Source: Convolutriloba macropyga (Eukaryota). Taken from it: DNA of 64,000 bases. This document shows, piece after piece, positions 1 to 13,795 of the stretch; positions within the stretch are counted from its first letter, which is position 1, and every line of letters begins with the position of its first letter. Location: contig NC_134472.1 in assembly GCF_964194025.1 (NCBI RefSeq), positions 31,434,001 through 31,498,000 of the forward strand. The letters are read 5' to 3'. Below the pieces are notes generated by a model, which worked only from the letters and a program-made list of their open reading frames with translations, was not told the DNA's origin and searched no databases. The translations under genes were made by a program, and so were the position numbers.

Positions 1-3000
1 TTTCCTGGGAATTATAAATCAATGGACAGACCACCGCCTACACCAGCACGAAAACGAGCACAAATAAGTCCTATATCAGATAATGATATTATTCAGCAAC
101 TTCGCCTGATGTCAGATGACAGTGACAAAGTAATGGATTACGTTACAGGGCTTTTGAGTTCATCGAAAGACAACAGCAACAAAATTCAGCGAAATGAATT
201 GCAATACGATTTCTGATACTCATGTTGATGACGAGGGATGAGTGATGCTTGAAACTGTTAAAAAAAAACTTTTGCCCCAAAATTTTTTGTCCTAGCTTTG
301 ATAATGATGATGAAAACATATAACGGGGTATATATGGAGGAGAACGAGCTTGTAAAAGTAAAGGACGCTTTTCTACTCTTTTTGAATATAAGATCATTGC
401 GATGTCATCATAACCAGTTGAACGCTTTCCTTGAAGGTTTCTCAACCAAACCATTAGTAAGTGAGACATGGTTAACAGATAACGACCCGACCTCACTTTA
501 TAAAATCAATGGCTTTTCTAATATAGTCCCTCATAATAGAAGCGGCCAAAAAGGTGGAGGATGCGCATTTTTTGTTAATGAAAATGTTGACTTTACTGTT
601 AAACATCTCGGTGATCAAATTGAAGGCTTAACAATTACAATTAATTTAAAACATGAGCTACAAAATATAACAGTCATTTACCACTCACCAACATTTACAA
701 TCTCGAGTTTTTTAGAACTTTTTGAAAATTATTTGACCACTGTTCATCATCTAAAAGGAGATCACATTGTCTGCGGAGATTTCAACATAATTTTTTGGGC
801 TCACACAATAGCAGATTTTTTAATCTGCTAAAATCTTTCAATTTAAATCTCCAGAACCATTTTGCAACTCGCGTATCCATAAACAGTGAAAAATGTATTG
901 ATCATATTTTCAGTGATAAGTTTTTTACTTGCAACACGGTTAGAACTGATATTTCAGACCATTAAGCTCTTTTGATCAGAGCTAACAACAGTACTGAGAA
1001 GAATTGTGTCGCAAAAATTTTGTACAGGAAACTCAATAAATTGGCGGAAAGTGAAAAGGTTTTTAACTATTTGTTTCTCTTAAACCATGAAATTTGAAAC
1101 AAAACAATGTAGATGAACAGATCAAAGAATTGACAGAAATTATTCTTGATTGCATTGAAAAATTTGCATCATTAAGAATCTGGAGAATTAACCGCAAATC
1201 TCAATGGATGACCAATCAAGTGAAAAACAACATCAAAAAGAAAAACAATAGTTTCAAAAAAAGGTTGGAAAATCCTTCAGAAGAAAACCATAAAAAGTAT
1301 CGGCAACAACGCAACCTTGCAACCAAAGCTATCAAAAAGGCACGTCTGAGCTATTTTGATAATCTTACCAAGAAGAAAGACAAATGAACAAAAGCCTTTC
1401 TGCGTTCAGTGAATTTTGCACTGACAAAAAATCAGTCGAATTGAACATCAATCCCGAGATTTTCAATGATTATTTTGCTGGCATAGGCAAAAACTTAGCT
1501 TCAAGTTTCAATGAAACTGATATTTGTTTTGGTAGGGAAATTATCAATAGCTTTGTTATGTCACCAGTTACTGAAAAAGAAGTCTCAGCTGCTATTAGAT
1601 CACTGAAAAACAAAGCATCGTCTGGTCATGATGGCATTAGTAACAAAATTGTAAAAATTTCAATCTCAGTCATTTCCCATCCACTAACAAGATTGTTTAA
1701 TCAATGTATTAACCTTGGTTACTTTCCTTCGGAATGGAAATTGGTGAAAATAAAACCATTGTTCAAAAATGATTCAAAGACTGACCCGAGTTGTTACCGA
1801 CCCGTCTTTTAAGCTCGTTGTCGAAAGTGTTTGAAAAATTTTTATTTAAAAGGATGATGCATTTCATTAAAAAATTTAAAATAGTCAATGAAAATCAATT
1901 TGGATTTCAACAAGGAAAATCGTGCAAAAACGCTTTGATCTCTTTTACTGAGTTTTAAACGAATTCGGTAGACCAAAGTTTAAAAGGGTTAGCATGTTTC
2001 ATTGATCTAAAAAAGCATTTGATACCACATGCCATAAAACAATGATTAAAAAACTCGAAAAGTACGGTTTCCGAGGGAATTTTTTGAACTTAATGAAAAG
2101 TTTTCTTGAGAATCGCCACCAGTGCGTTGAATACAATAATTCTGTCTCACAAAAATTGAAGTTAAACTATGGCGTTCCGCAAGGGTCAGTCTTGGGTCCA
2201 CTGTTTTTCCTGTTACACATTAATGATCTCCCGGTAGTTTGTAAGTCAAACAAAATTACTCTGTTTGCAGATGATACTACAATTTACTCTGCTGCAAAGC
2301 AGAACACTAGTTTTTTCTATAATGAAGTTAAGGAAACAAAGAGATGGTTTGAAGAGCATAAGTTGACAATTAATGACAAAAAATGCAGCTTCATGAATTT
2401 TGGAAAACGTGAATACTTGAACGAAGATTTTCTAGTCAAAAACATACAAAATGTAAACAAAATTACGTATTATAGATTATAGACCACAAACTGAATTACA
2501 AATCTCATGTCGAAAAAATAGCAAAACAGATGAGTAAGTTTTGCGGAGTTTTGTACAAAGCAAGATACTACTTTACAAAAAATCAGTTACTACTTTTCTA
2601 TGAAAGCTGTGCCAAGTCTGTATTAACGTATGGTCTTATTGTTTATGGTTGTACAACTAAAACAAACCTGAACGAAATTTTCAATCTGCAAAAAAGAATT
2701 TTTTGAGCAATTTTTTTTAAACGGAAATTTGATTCCGTTCAATCAATAATGAGCAAATTCAAATTGCTCAACATATTTGAACTGTATGTATCAGAAATTT
2801 TTCGAGAGGTTTTTTTGCAACTGGCAGACAAATCTGTTCATAAATTTCTTAATAAGAAAGAACTTCTTGCTAGACGAGTAACTCGGAATACAACTAAAGG
2901 AATTTTACCAAGCAAACGACATCATAAAGAAACAGGACAAAAATCTTTACAACGACAGCTCAGACTGGCTCACAATTATGCCGCTGAAAACAACCTAATC

Positions 3001-3248
3001 CCAGAAAATATAGCTAAAATGAACCGCCATCAGTTAAATTTTTTGACAAAAAATTTTACTTTCCTGTACATTTTTGAAAATCAAAATTTAATAGATATGT
3101 TTTTTTGACATGCGTTAGGTCTCCTCCAATATACTTCTGGGCTACCCACTCGATGAGACATAAGTCTCTTTGGGATGCCCGCCAGGCAGTAACATGTATT
3201 ATTTTACATATTTATATTGCTGTTCTGGTTATATTCAAATTCAAAAAA
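1..3248 (+). mobile_element. Decayed APE-type non-LTR retrotransposon (CR1/L2/Crack group), frameshifted ORF2 plus 3' end
   Basis: ORF fragments 298-831 (NIRSL, SETWL, GGG, CGDFNI = AP endonuclease), 1384-1812 (SSGHDGI, YRP) and 2042-2482 (YGVPQGSVLGP, LFADD = RT), then C-terminal fragment 2749-3108. Followed by a 3' stem-loop and an A-rich end near 3248. Many stops and frameshifts. Confidence 0.93.
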
Positions 3249-3381
3249 ATGCGCTGAAATTTTGAATTTTCAGCGCCTTCTCCACAATTCAGCGCATTTC
3301 ATTGCATTCAGCGCATTTCTTACATAATTTCAGCGCATTCAGCGTATTTCTTACAAAATAATGCGCTGAAACGGCGCTGAC
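3249..3381. repeat. Short array of TTCAGCGCAT motifs in both orientations (MITE-like fragment)
   Basis: About 5 copies of ttcagcg(c/t)at flanked by inverted atgcgctgaa copies. Confidence 0.6.
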
Positions 3382-4685
3382 CTCTCGACCCGGGTAGTCG
3401 GCTTTACCCTATGTTATTAAATGTTGTCATCTCTCGGCTACGCCTTATAATAATACAGTAGGTGGTTTGTTGTCTATAACCTATCTCGAAAAATTGAATT
3501 TATCCGCTACCTTAAAACATTTAGAAGCACTTTTGCGCTATACTTTATCTCAGTACATGTAGTCGGCAATACCTAATCTTTCAACATATAGTTGGATACA
3601 CCTATTTTAAAGCGGAGTAGTGTCTGTAACATCTCTTGATTGACAGCGCAGTCGACTTCTTCCTCCCAGTGGAAGTTGGTGAAACAAAAATGTGAAACAA
3701 AAAAAGAATATGTACTAAATATTTTTTCTTTCCGTAGAAAGATCTGACAAGTCCAATGCTGTAAGCCCCATTCTCACTGAGCGTAAAAAATTAAAATAAA
3801 ATCTCAACGTTGTTTACTTGACACAGTAACTTGCTGAACAACTTGTTAAAATCTCAAAAGACTGCCTGCATTCAGTGCAATTAGTCTGTTTTTGACAAAA
3901 AAAAATATTTTTGTTTTCGAATAACATTTTGTAATCTCAATTGATTTCAATCCAAAAATTGAGTTTTTGTTAGGTTCAATTTTGAACAAGCAACAACTTG
4001 TTTGTAGAACATTTTTTTTGCTTTCAGCTTAAGCTGTTAATACTGGATGAAATAAAGTATTATTCTCATTGAGAATTTTTATCTTCTTAGATAAAACTCT
4101 CCAAGAATAAAACGATTCGGAAATGTGAATTCTTGCATTTTGTGAAAAAACTTTCTCAATGTGTTTTCAAATTTTGCTATTGCAAGTAACTTCCTAAAAA
4201 TTTCATAGCCATAACTCAATTATAAAAACCAATTGCAAAGCAATGACATTTACGACAACAACTTGAAGAAGTCGTAAAAAAGTAAACATCTTTTGAGAAG
4301 TGCATCTTAAAAGATGGATCTTTCAAAAAAGTTTCAAATAGTTCTTACCGAATGCTGTTCTCCAGTGTTGCAGAAGACCGTCATAGAAATTTCTCAGAGA
4401 ACAATTTGCAGGTTTAAAACAAATAGGGCCATTGATTTCTGTTTAAATCTAAGATTTTTTTATGATTAACTAATTGGGCTATTGATAAATGATATCTGAT
4501 TCAAGACAGTATGCACTTCAAGGCACTCTTAAACATGTTTATTGACGAACTCTTAGACGTGCAAGAATCTTCTTTTGATAAATTTATATGCAGAGCGTGT
4601 ATCTTTTTAATGCGCGTACTGGTTTAGGAAAAAAACACAACAAAGCAAACTTTGTATCTTAACACTACATTACAACTTCCTAAAA

Positions 4686-4760
4686 TCCTGTGGTGGTCTC
4701 GAAGCCTCAACCTCCAATTCCTAACCTAGATAACAACACACACTGCACTACGGTTGACTA
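4686..4760 (-). mobile_element. tRNA-derived SINE-like relic
   Basis: Minus strand shows A-box-like TAGTGCAGTG and B-box-like GGCTTCGAGACC at Pol III-type spacing. No clean cloverleaf. Confidence 0.35.
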
Positions 4761-5024
4761 TTTCTTTAAAAAATTTTACAAGCCATAATTGCAAGAGGAC
4801 AGAGAATTTCCTAACTAATTCTGTTTTCCTTGATGCTTCTTAACCATGCTAATCGGTAGCTCTTAAAAATGACATTTAGATGCCCCTTAAATTTGTAGTT
4901 TTTGTTTGTTAAACATGAAAATTTGATTCCTCATCATGTTCTCGTTTAATATATATACTAGCAAGTTCACAAAAGCATCAGAAAAAATTCATTTAAGGAA
5001 TAGATGTTTTAAGAGAACTGAAGA

Positions 5025-5100
5025 TTTCTGCTACCGTCTAACTCAGGCTCGAACCCATGCCGCTTGTTTACCTTCCATGGTTTATACTGTTTACGCTATC
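5025..5100 (-). mobile_element. tRNA-derived SINE-like relic
   Basis: Minus strand has B-box GGTTCGAGCCT with degenerate A-box (TAGCGTAAACAG) upstream. Confidence 0.35.
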
Positions 5101-7075
5101 TATGCATTTTGTTTGCCTCTATTACACTATGTACCGGCAGTTTTTTGTTCAACAGTTTTTTGCTATGTTGCATGTTTAAGTTGGGCTGACTTGTGCAGAT
5201 AACAATCTGCTACATGGTGGCAAAGTGCGTCTTAAAAGGCATGTACTACGTTAGGCTAAATGTTTAGGGAGCGTTAAATGTGCGAAGATTGGGAGCTTGA
5301 ACATGGTGACATTGCATTCAAGTTAAAATTAATATACAAATGATGCTGAACTAGTGAAGAACAAATAAACGCCTCTGCATAAAGCAGCAGAATGAGCGTA
5401 CAATTTCGCGAACATTTTCTGCTGATTTTTGTTTAGTTCTTCAGCTGTAAATTAGTGTTTTCCATTAAAGTCAGGCAATTTAAACAACCCGAGCAGAACC
5501 TCGTCGAGAGTGCGGATAGTCTGTTCATTGTACCCTCTGGATTTTTGCGTACACTGAACTGAGATATTTACAGACCCTGTACAGGCGGCAAACATTCTGT
5601 ATAGTTAGGTGATATTCTGTACCCTCAATTTGTACCCTCAGTTTGCAAACCATAAAGGTCTGGTCACCCACTTTTTTAGACATTAGCACAGTGAGTGATT
5701 TACATTTTGTTTCTCACATTATTCAGGTCAATTGTTAAATAAATTTAAAAATCAGTAAAACTTTTTCAGATGATTTATTATTTTACGACACAAAATTTCC
5801 TTATTGATGAATCAGACATCTTTATTACCACCTGGCGACAACCCAAAGTCAAAAAAAATTATGTCCCAGAAAGGTGACTTTTCAAACTTTTTTATCCACA
5901 CAAAAACAAATAGTAAGTTCTGTCAACAAGTTGACCTGAGAAAAATGCACAAAATTTTTTATTGCAAGATGTCAGTTCCCTGGTAGATTTCAAAATCAAA
6001 TTTCTGTACATACGGAAGCCTAGGTTTTCATAAAACTTGAAGGGTGGTAATATGGGCGGTAACATGAAGAGCGATTCATCGCACTCGCAAAGAAATAATA
6101 TAAACACCTTAGCATTGAAAATTGAGGAGTTTCACTTTATTATAATGAAACGTTTGAAATCAAATTAATCTTGATTACTTTTTTTAATTTATGTTCGTAA
6201 AAACTGACGTCATCTGATCTGCCATTGATTATTTTTTAACTTCTAGATTATTTCAGATTATGCAAAAAGCTGAAGTTTGACAAAACACCAAAGATCACAA
6301 TTATACCATTTGGAAATTTTATTCTGTGTAAATCATTCATACATCATGATCTAGCTTAAGAAAATTAAAGAATCAGTTCCCATTTTGTGCGTTCGATTAG
6401 ATTGTATAGTTAACTGATTTATTGACACCTTTAGTCAGCTGAACTAAACAAACGAAAAAGACCCAAAATATTTTCATATTTAACTTGAACTTATTCTCAA
6501 TTTCATAATCAGAAAACAATGGTTACGAATAAAATAGTTTAACAATTTTTGCTCTTTCATTTTATCCAAGTTTCTAAACTGTTTGCCTTCTGAGAAATAG
6601 AATTTAATCAATTATTGTTTTAAGATTTTTTAACTTTGCAAAATCGAAGTATCTCCATAAATATGTCTAGTAAACTATCTAAGCATATGCTTATACATGC
6701 TGATGCAAGTGTTTATGAGGAGTTAATGAATTTGGAACAATAAGTGCAAGTTTACTTAACTTACAGAGAAACAACAAAAGAAAAACGATAAAGAGCGGTC
6801 AATATAAAATATTGTTTCAACATTCATTTAGTGTTTAAATTTTTCGGTGGAAACACTCCCACATTTGCAAGTGAGAGATTTCTTCTTCTTACTACTATTG
6901 CTATGTTTTGGTGACTTTGAATGCTTTTTTTTCTGTGTGAAACACTGGAACGTGGTACCATCGCGACAGCAAAGCTTGCTCATGTTGTGAAGAACTCTTC
7001 ACTGAGGAAGCTTCACGCAGAGAATTGATTGAACTCACCGTGTCAATAACTCAGGATGCCTCCAAGCTTTGCTAA

Positions 7076-7439
7076 TTTTTTAAAGTCTTAAAGGTGTAAA
7101 TTAATTTATGCATATGCTTTAAGATACATGCTGTCAAAGCAAAAATCAAAAATGCATTATTTGACTAAAAATTTTAAAAAAAAATCGAAGATTGTTTACA
7201 TTGTTCTGAAAAAAGTGGCAATGAGAAGATATTTGAAATCTGTAGCACGTTTGTCTCAACGGGCAAACGTGCTACAGGTTTTAAATATCTCATTACCGCG
7301 CTTTTTTTTGAGAAAGCTATAAATAACCTGTTTTTTCTCTAAAATTTTTCTTAAGTAATGTATTGTTTCATTTTTAAATTGACAGCATGTATCTCAAAGC
7401 AAGTGCATATTTTAATTTACACCTTTTAGATATTAAAAA
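7076..7439. mobile_element. Fold-back MITE with ~110-bp imperfect terminal inverted repeats
   Basis: aaaggtgtaaattaatttatgcatatgctttaagatacatgctgtcaa (~7090) is the near reverse complement of ttgacagcatgtatctcaaagcaagtgcatattttaatttacaccttt (~7379-7426). Confidence 0.8.
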
Positions 7440-8187
7440 CCTGTCTTTGGTTTTTTTTTAAATTTATGTGAAATTATTTTTCCCGTCGAAACACATTTAA
7501 AACTTCTTGCGGGTAATTTTGTTGATTTGCGCGAACAACCAATTTCTAGATCTTGTAAAGCTTAGCATTTTGTACAAAAAAGCCCACTTTTATACCCCAA
7601 CTTATTTGCTCGTTCATTCTATTAACCGATTACGATGGTAGATTTTGAAAAAAATGGCACTAAAATTAAAGTGAATTAGAACAAATAATAAAAAAAGGTA
7701 TTTGATGCCGTGCCATATATAATTTACTGATTTTCAACGCTCTTCTGATAATTTCGGTTAGGCGCGTTTGTTAAGTCAATCCATTATCATAAAATACGCC
7801 TAAAAATCTGCAACTGTTGGTTGCTTCAAAAGTGACAATTAACCTGAAAGCAACTAAGATTTTGTCTCTCAAAAGCGTCATTTTCGTTTTCCTTTCAATG
7901 AAAGTCAACTTAAACTGTTCCATAAATTGCTGGCTTTTTGAACACGTTTTCAGCAATCGTTAGCATCTGCGTATTATTCTTTGCTTGAAAAATGATAAAC
8001 GTAACATCTACAACTTCACAAATTTACAGCTATTCCCTATTTCATCGTAGGAATCATTATTATACAAAACAAGTCAGAAGACTAAGAAAAATTCCTTGAA
8101 CACGGTGGTTTATAACAGTCCAGTATACAACAGTCAACATTGTCAATCCAGAATAACACACTGTCTACTGTTACGAAGCTATGAGTA

Positions 8188-8690
8188 AAACATAGCTGGC
8201 ATATTGCCAGAAAATAGCTGCAATAGCTTCCTAGATCTTCAGCCTCAAAAAGATAGTCAAGAAACAGACCGAAAAATTACTTTTAAATGCTGAGATGTTA
8301 TTTGATAAGGATCTGTTTAACTTATTGCTGCTATTAGCTGCACTCAAATAACCTTCAATTAGTTTGACACGCACTCACTTGCCCTTACCTCTTTGAATTG
8401 CAGAGAAGTCAACTAGAGAGTGAGGAATTCATTGAGTGAGGTAAGTCACGTTTGATCAAAAAATTTATCACCTAAATGAACATAGAAACTCGCCTCACTA
8501 ATAGAGAAAAATAACGTCACAAACATAAATCAATTGAAATTTTATGAACGAATGGACAAAAGGCAGATTTGAAGTTATTGTGCATATGCTCGTGCCAAAA
8601 ATCCCGACGAAATGAAAAAAACCCGAGATGGCCAATAAAAACCTCAGCTATCGCTTTGCGGGTACTAAACAGAATTCCCGGCACTTTCCA
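8188..8690. repeat. Dispersed non-coding repeat, copy 1 (copy 2 at ~11708-12146; fragments near 14715-14780 and 17180-17240)
   Basis: Colinear shared blocks: atagctggca, atctgtttaa..ttattgctgct, gagtgaggtaagtcacg, gcagatttgaagt. Confidence 0.8.
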
Positions 8691-9517
8691 AAAAATTTTT
8701 TTAATATTTCTCATAAATGCCGGAAGATGGGTTGAAATGAAAGCCTTTGGCCAAGCCAAAAAAAAATGTCAATACGATATTTTTTTCAATTGAGTGATTG
8801 TTTTTGATATAGACTACCTAAATTAATGTCTTGCTAATTGTTCGTGCTAGCACAATTAATGTTGTTGTTATCGGACGAAACCCGATTTATAAGCCGATTT
8901 TTCTGTCTGCCAGAGAATATAGTTTTCGCATACTCGATTATCTTACTACGTTCAGCGGCCGTGACTTATGGTATTTAGTCTCCTTTCTCCACTTTATTGG
9001 GTTCAGAGTAGTCAAACAGTTCTTTCCTTTCATTCCTTTGTCAAGAGAACATGAAAAACTGACAATACTTGTGGGCTTCCAAGAAAACCTAATATCAAAA
9101 CATTAAAGCCCTGCATAAATAACGTGAGGCCCAACTTGCATTAAGAACTTAGTTAGATTAAAAATCGCTCTCTCACATCTAACTGTACAAAACCAGTAAC
9201 AGATTAGCTATATTTAGTTATTCTGTCATCAGTAGAATATATTGTCAACAGTGCTTCCAATATACGTACAAATTAGGACATGAATCGTTATCAACACATC
9301 AGCCGAGTTGAGTAAAATAGTTATCGAGTAAAATGTGTGTACATAAAGAGAATTATAGTTTTCCTTCAATCGCCTGTTCTCTTCATACCCAGAAAAGTTA
9401 ATCGACCATGCATAATTTGTGCTCTTCTACTGATGTTGCCAACCAATTCCTTTTATATTCAAGTTATCGAGTTAGGGTTTTTGAAAATAAGTGAAGAGTA
9501 TTTTGTGACGTCACTGC

Positions 9518-9922
<405 letters not shown>

Positions 9923-10190
9923 TCAATGTGAGAAGTTTGCACAGAATGGTCAAATCAGAACACTGATCTGAAAAGGCAGCACAAGTTAATGCAAAAGAGC
10001 AACCAAACTCAATTTAATTTAACACGCAAAAGAAAAGCATGCATGGCTGAAAAAGCTCAGCACAAGCACTATAGTGATTATTTTTACGAATTGAAGCGTT
10101 TATATCAAAAACAAGAGCTTTGTCTATACTCTTTTTACTGTTTTACTGATAACAATTTTGTCCAAATTTCAAACAAATTTTCTACAAATA

Positions 10191-11141
10191 TCATACATCT
10201 TTATTTATAAATGTACAATGCTGATTAATAAGTAAAGGTACAAACACAGATTCAACATTCACTATTTGCGAGTCGGCAACTTTGCAAACTTCAGTGCCCA
10301 TTGTTTCGGATTCCACATTTCTTGAACACAAAACAACTTCTGTATAACGCTTAGGCAAAACATTACCAACAACACAATGATGCTGATACGAATTAAGTGC
10401 TTTTTGACATTTTTCAATTAAAATATTTTCATCTGTTTCCAATTTGAATGTTACCATGAAACTATCCGCGCACCATTTTGTGAGCACAAAGCTGAGAGCT
10501 TTTGGCACTGGGTACAATTTAAGGGTCAAATACTCCATTCCTGAAGGTATTTTATGATCAGGCAACTTATCCACCGGAATGTAATAATCCGAAACAGCAG
10601 CGGCAGAATACAACATAAATCTTCTGCCTACAACGGCCGCGTGTGTACAGATTTGTTGCAGCAAAGTAAAATAATCTTGCACTGTTACAAAGTTGAGTAT
10701 AAACAACCGCTTAGATTTCCCGAGCAAAGATTTGTGGCAAACTTCAGTCTTAATTGATCTTTTGGGCTGAATTTTATCAATAAAATTCGCAAACAGGCCG
10801 TTTGTGGCAGAGAACTCGGAAACGTTTAAGTATTGAGAGAACGGAAACTTTGCATTATCTCGCTTCACGAAAATGACGAAATAATTTTCATCCTCCAAGA
10901 ACTCCTCGACGCTTCTGGCACCGCGCAGACCAGTTGAGAAGTTATCCAAGTATCTAACGGGCGTTTTTTCCAGAGGTACGCTAGTGCCACCAGATGTAAT
11001 AAGGACCAATTTCGCATAACTATTTTCAGAGCACTGTTCAATGAACACTCTTAAGTCATCTCTCGTAGATTGATCAAGGTTTAATAACACATTCGATGTT
11101 GTAATCATTTTCTCCAGTTCTTTATACTGTGTTTCAGTCAT
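10191..11141 (-). CDS. PPCS: Phosphopantothenate--cysteine ligase, single coding exon
   Basis: Intact 316 aa ORF with motifs LVLITSGGTSVPLE..VRYLDNFSTG.RGA.S.E.FL, YSAAAVSDYYIP, HKIPS, VTFKLETD, VVGN.L. Confidence 0.96.
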   Translation of the reverse strand: MTETQYKELEKMITTSNVLLNLDQSTRDDLRVFIEQCSENSYAKLVLITSGGTSVPLEKTPVRYLDNFSTGLRGARSVEEFLEDENYFVIFVKRDNAKFPFSQYLNVSEFSATNGLFANFIDKIQPKRSIKTEVCHKSLLGKSKRLFILNFVTVQDYFTLLQQICTHAAVVGRRFMLYSAAAVSDYYIPVDKLPDHKIPSGMEYLTLKLYPVPKALSFVLTKWCADSFMVTFKLETDENILIEKCQKALNSYQHHCVVGNVLPKRYTEVVLCSRNVESETMGTEVCKVADSQIVNVESVFVPLLINQHCTFINKDV

Positions 11142-11707
11142 GATTTGGTTACATTCAAGCTTTAGAAGTGATCAATTCAAATAGCTAGTTAGTTCGCTCA
11201 AGAATGAAGTTCATGATGTACCGCAATTTCACTTCTTTGCTCTAAAGAACGTATTCGACATCATAAACTGAAACGAAAGGCGCTGAGTTTAGCATGGTTT
11301 GTAGCATGCTTCGTTTAAATCAACGCATCTAGCTTAGTACATCACATATTAAATAATTGAAGATTTAACATGCAATCGGCTATTTGTAACTATTAATGCG
11401 AAAAGCTGCCTGATAGGCGCTGTACTTTCAGTAAGATTCTCCTCTGCAGACAAATAAATACAATTTGCTGCTAGCAGGGCTTCAGAAAATTGCTTTCATT
11501 AACTGGAACACAAGTAAAATTAATAAACACTCCCGAGATTTTGACTTCTTTGTGAATGGAACGCACCATAGAACATGGAGAGCGCTGTTAGTTAACTGTT
11601 GGTTCTACAAAATTTACGTGCATCTGATCTTTGAAGATCACGTTTAAAAGTTTAAGTAACAAAAACTCGAAAAAGCTCAGTCAAAACAGTCAAACAAAAA
11701 TTTTGCA

Positions 11708-12146
11708 TAAATATAGCTGGCAGATTACCAGTAATTGCCGCAAACGCTCCGTAGATCTGTAATCTCAAAATGATAGTAAAATAATCAGACCAAGAAAGAA
11801 CCTTCTTATTAAATAAGTTATTTGAATAAGAATCTGTTTAAATTATTGCTGCTCCTATTAGCTGATCTCAAAGAAACTTCAATTAAAGTGACACACACTC
11901 ACTTGACTTTATCTCTTTAAATTAATATAAAGAAAAGCCCATTTCAGAGTAAAGAAGTCATTTTTGAGTGAGGTAAGTCACGTGTGACCAAAACTAATCA
12001 CGCAAATGAACAAAAACACTCCACACTTAAAGTGAAAAACAACGTCACGCACGCAATGAAGCTGAAATTGCATGAACCAATGAACAAGAAGCAGATTTGA
12101 AGTGATTGTATGATCGTAACAAAAATCTTGACGAAATAAAAACATA
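11708..12146. repeat. Dispersed non-coding repeat, copy 2, interrupted by the Tc1 element
   Basis: Aligns by eye with 8188-8620. Similarity resumes after 12846 (aagacctcacctac vs aaaacctcagctat). Confidence 0.75.
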
Positions 12147-12844
12147 CACTATGGTAACAAAAAGCTACTTACAGCATGATTTCTGCTTTTAAAGCATGAG
12201 TCGTGCTTCATAAGCATGATTTGCGATAAGGCGTGAAAAAAGTGTGAAATTAAGAAGTTTTAAGAGAAATTTCATTTTCATTTTCTCCGCCTAAACAAAA
12301 AAGAATGTTAAACTGCTTTGTTCTTTCACCGTTTGCCAAGTTGTTACGCTACAAGATGTCAGTTTTTCATGGTCTAAAATACAAAAACAACTCAACTTGA
12401 AATCAAGATCCAGTGCACACTATGCATACAAATGGGGTGCAATACGATGTTTTGGGGTGCAATACGATCATATGGACGCAAATTGATTGTTAAGCGTCCA
12501 AACAAGCTAAACGCTGTCGGTTATTTGGAGATTTGAAAATTACGAAGAGAAAAAGCATTTCCTGGACAATAGTTTTCAACAAGATAATGCTCTTGTGCAT
12601 AAATCCGGGATTGACAATTTTCCAAGAGAACGAGTGGAAGGTACTGGAATGGCCAGCATACTGTCCAGATCTGAACAACATTAAAAATTTTTAAGCAGCG
12701 ATTTTGAAGCAACAATTACGAGTTTTTTGGGAAAATTTAGAAAAAAAAAGTGTATGATATTTTGAATTAAATTGACGCAGACGTCGTGAGACGCCTGCTT
12801 TTTAAAAAATCTTCAGGTGTACGTAGCTTTTTGGTACCATAGTG
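12147..12844 (+). mobile_element. Tc1/mariner internally deleted DNA transposon with TIRs and TA target-site duplication
   Basis: TA|CACTATGGTAACAAAAAGCTAC ... GTAGCTTTTTGGTACCATAGTG|TA. Internal plus-strand remnants FQQDNALVH and LEWPAYCPDLNNI match the Tc1 DDE-region motifs. Confidence 0.92.
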
Positions 12845-13157
12845 TAGCAGGACAAGACCTCACCTACAATTCAAATTTTCATTGACTAAACAAAAAATTA
12901 GACATAGAAAGGACTATAAATGGATTGCGAACACCATTTAGAAAAAAATTCGATAAAAACATAAAAAACAGATTTTGTGTGAACAGTGAACAGATTTTAA
13001 AAAGAGGGCCCCAACTAAAATTCTTTGAATTGTAAAAACCGCCAAGAGAAGGATAATAATATCCCCAGCTATTGCTTGACGGCAATTAAATAAACACGTT
13101 TACAAAAATTGCACCGACTTTGTTCGCCCAAAAATTAGCAAGAAAATCAGAATTGCC

Positions 13158-13248
13158 AACTAAATTAGAAAACTATTTGTAGACTTTCTATTTGTAACTA
13201 AATTAGAAAACTATTTGTAGACTTTCTATTTGAAAACTATTTGTAGAC
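13158..13248. repeat. Local tandem repeat, ~38-bp unit, ~2.5 copies
   Basis: aactaaattagaaaactatttgtagactttctatttg repeated. Confidence 0.85.
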
Positions 13249-13795
13249 AAAATACATTCTTAGCTGCGTATCTTTATAAAAGATACGCAAAAGATATGCT
13301 TTATAAAAGAACCAAGAGATTAATCACGTATTTCACTCTTTCTCGATGTCTGTCAATTTGCACCCAAATAACGGAGAGAACTCAATATATTCTAAAAAGT
13401 GAGGTGACAAACAAATGGAAGAAAGGAGTGTTCTCGGCTCATTCACTTCAACTGATTTAAATGACTTACAACAATAACATCTTGTATGACTTACAAAGTC
13501 ATGGTTAAAGTCATACAACCAGAAAATGTCAGGCACAACTTATACCAGACTCCATGAACATAGAAACATTCCCTGATGTTATATCCAGTCTGCTCATATC
13601 CAGTCTAACTGTCTGAATATGAGCAATTTAGATCTGATTCATGTGAAGGACTTTAATTGTATTTTGCCTTCGCAGCTGCATCAAAATCAGCTTCAAGGCA
13701 ATTTCTTCAAAACTATAGGCCCTCTTCATTGCTCTGAGTTATGAAATTCAACTGGATAAATAATAATAATAAATTCTCGCAAAAATAGCCGCAAT

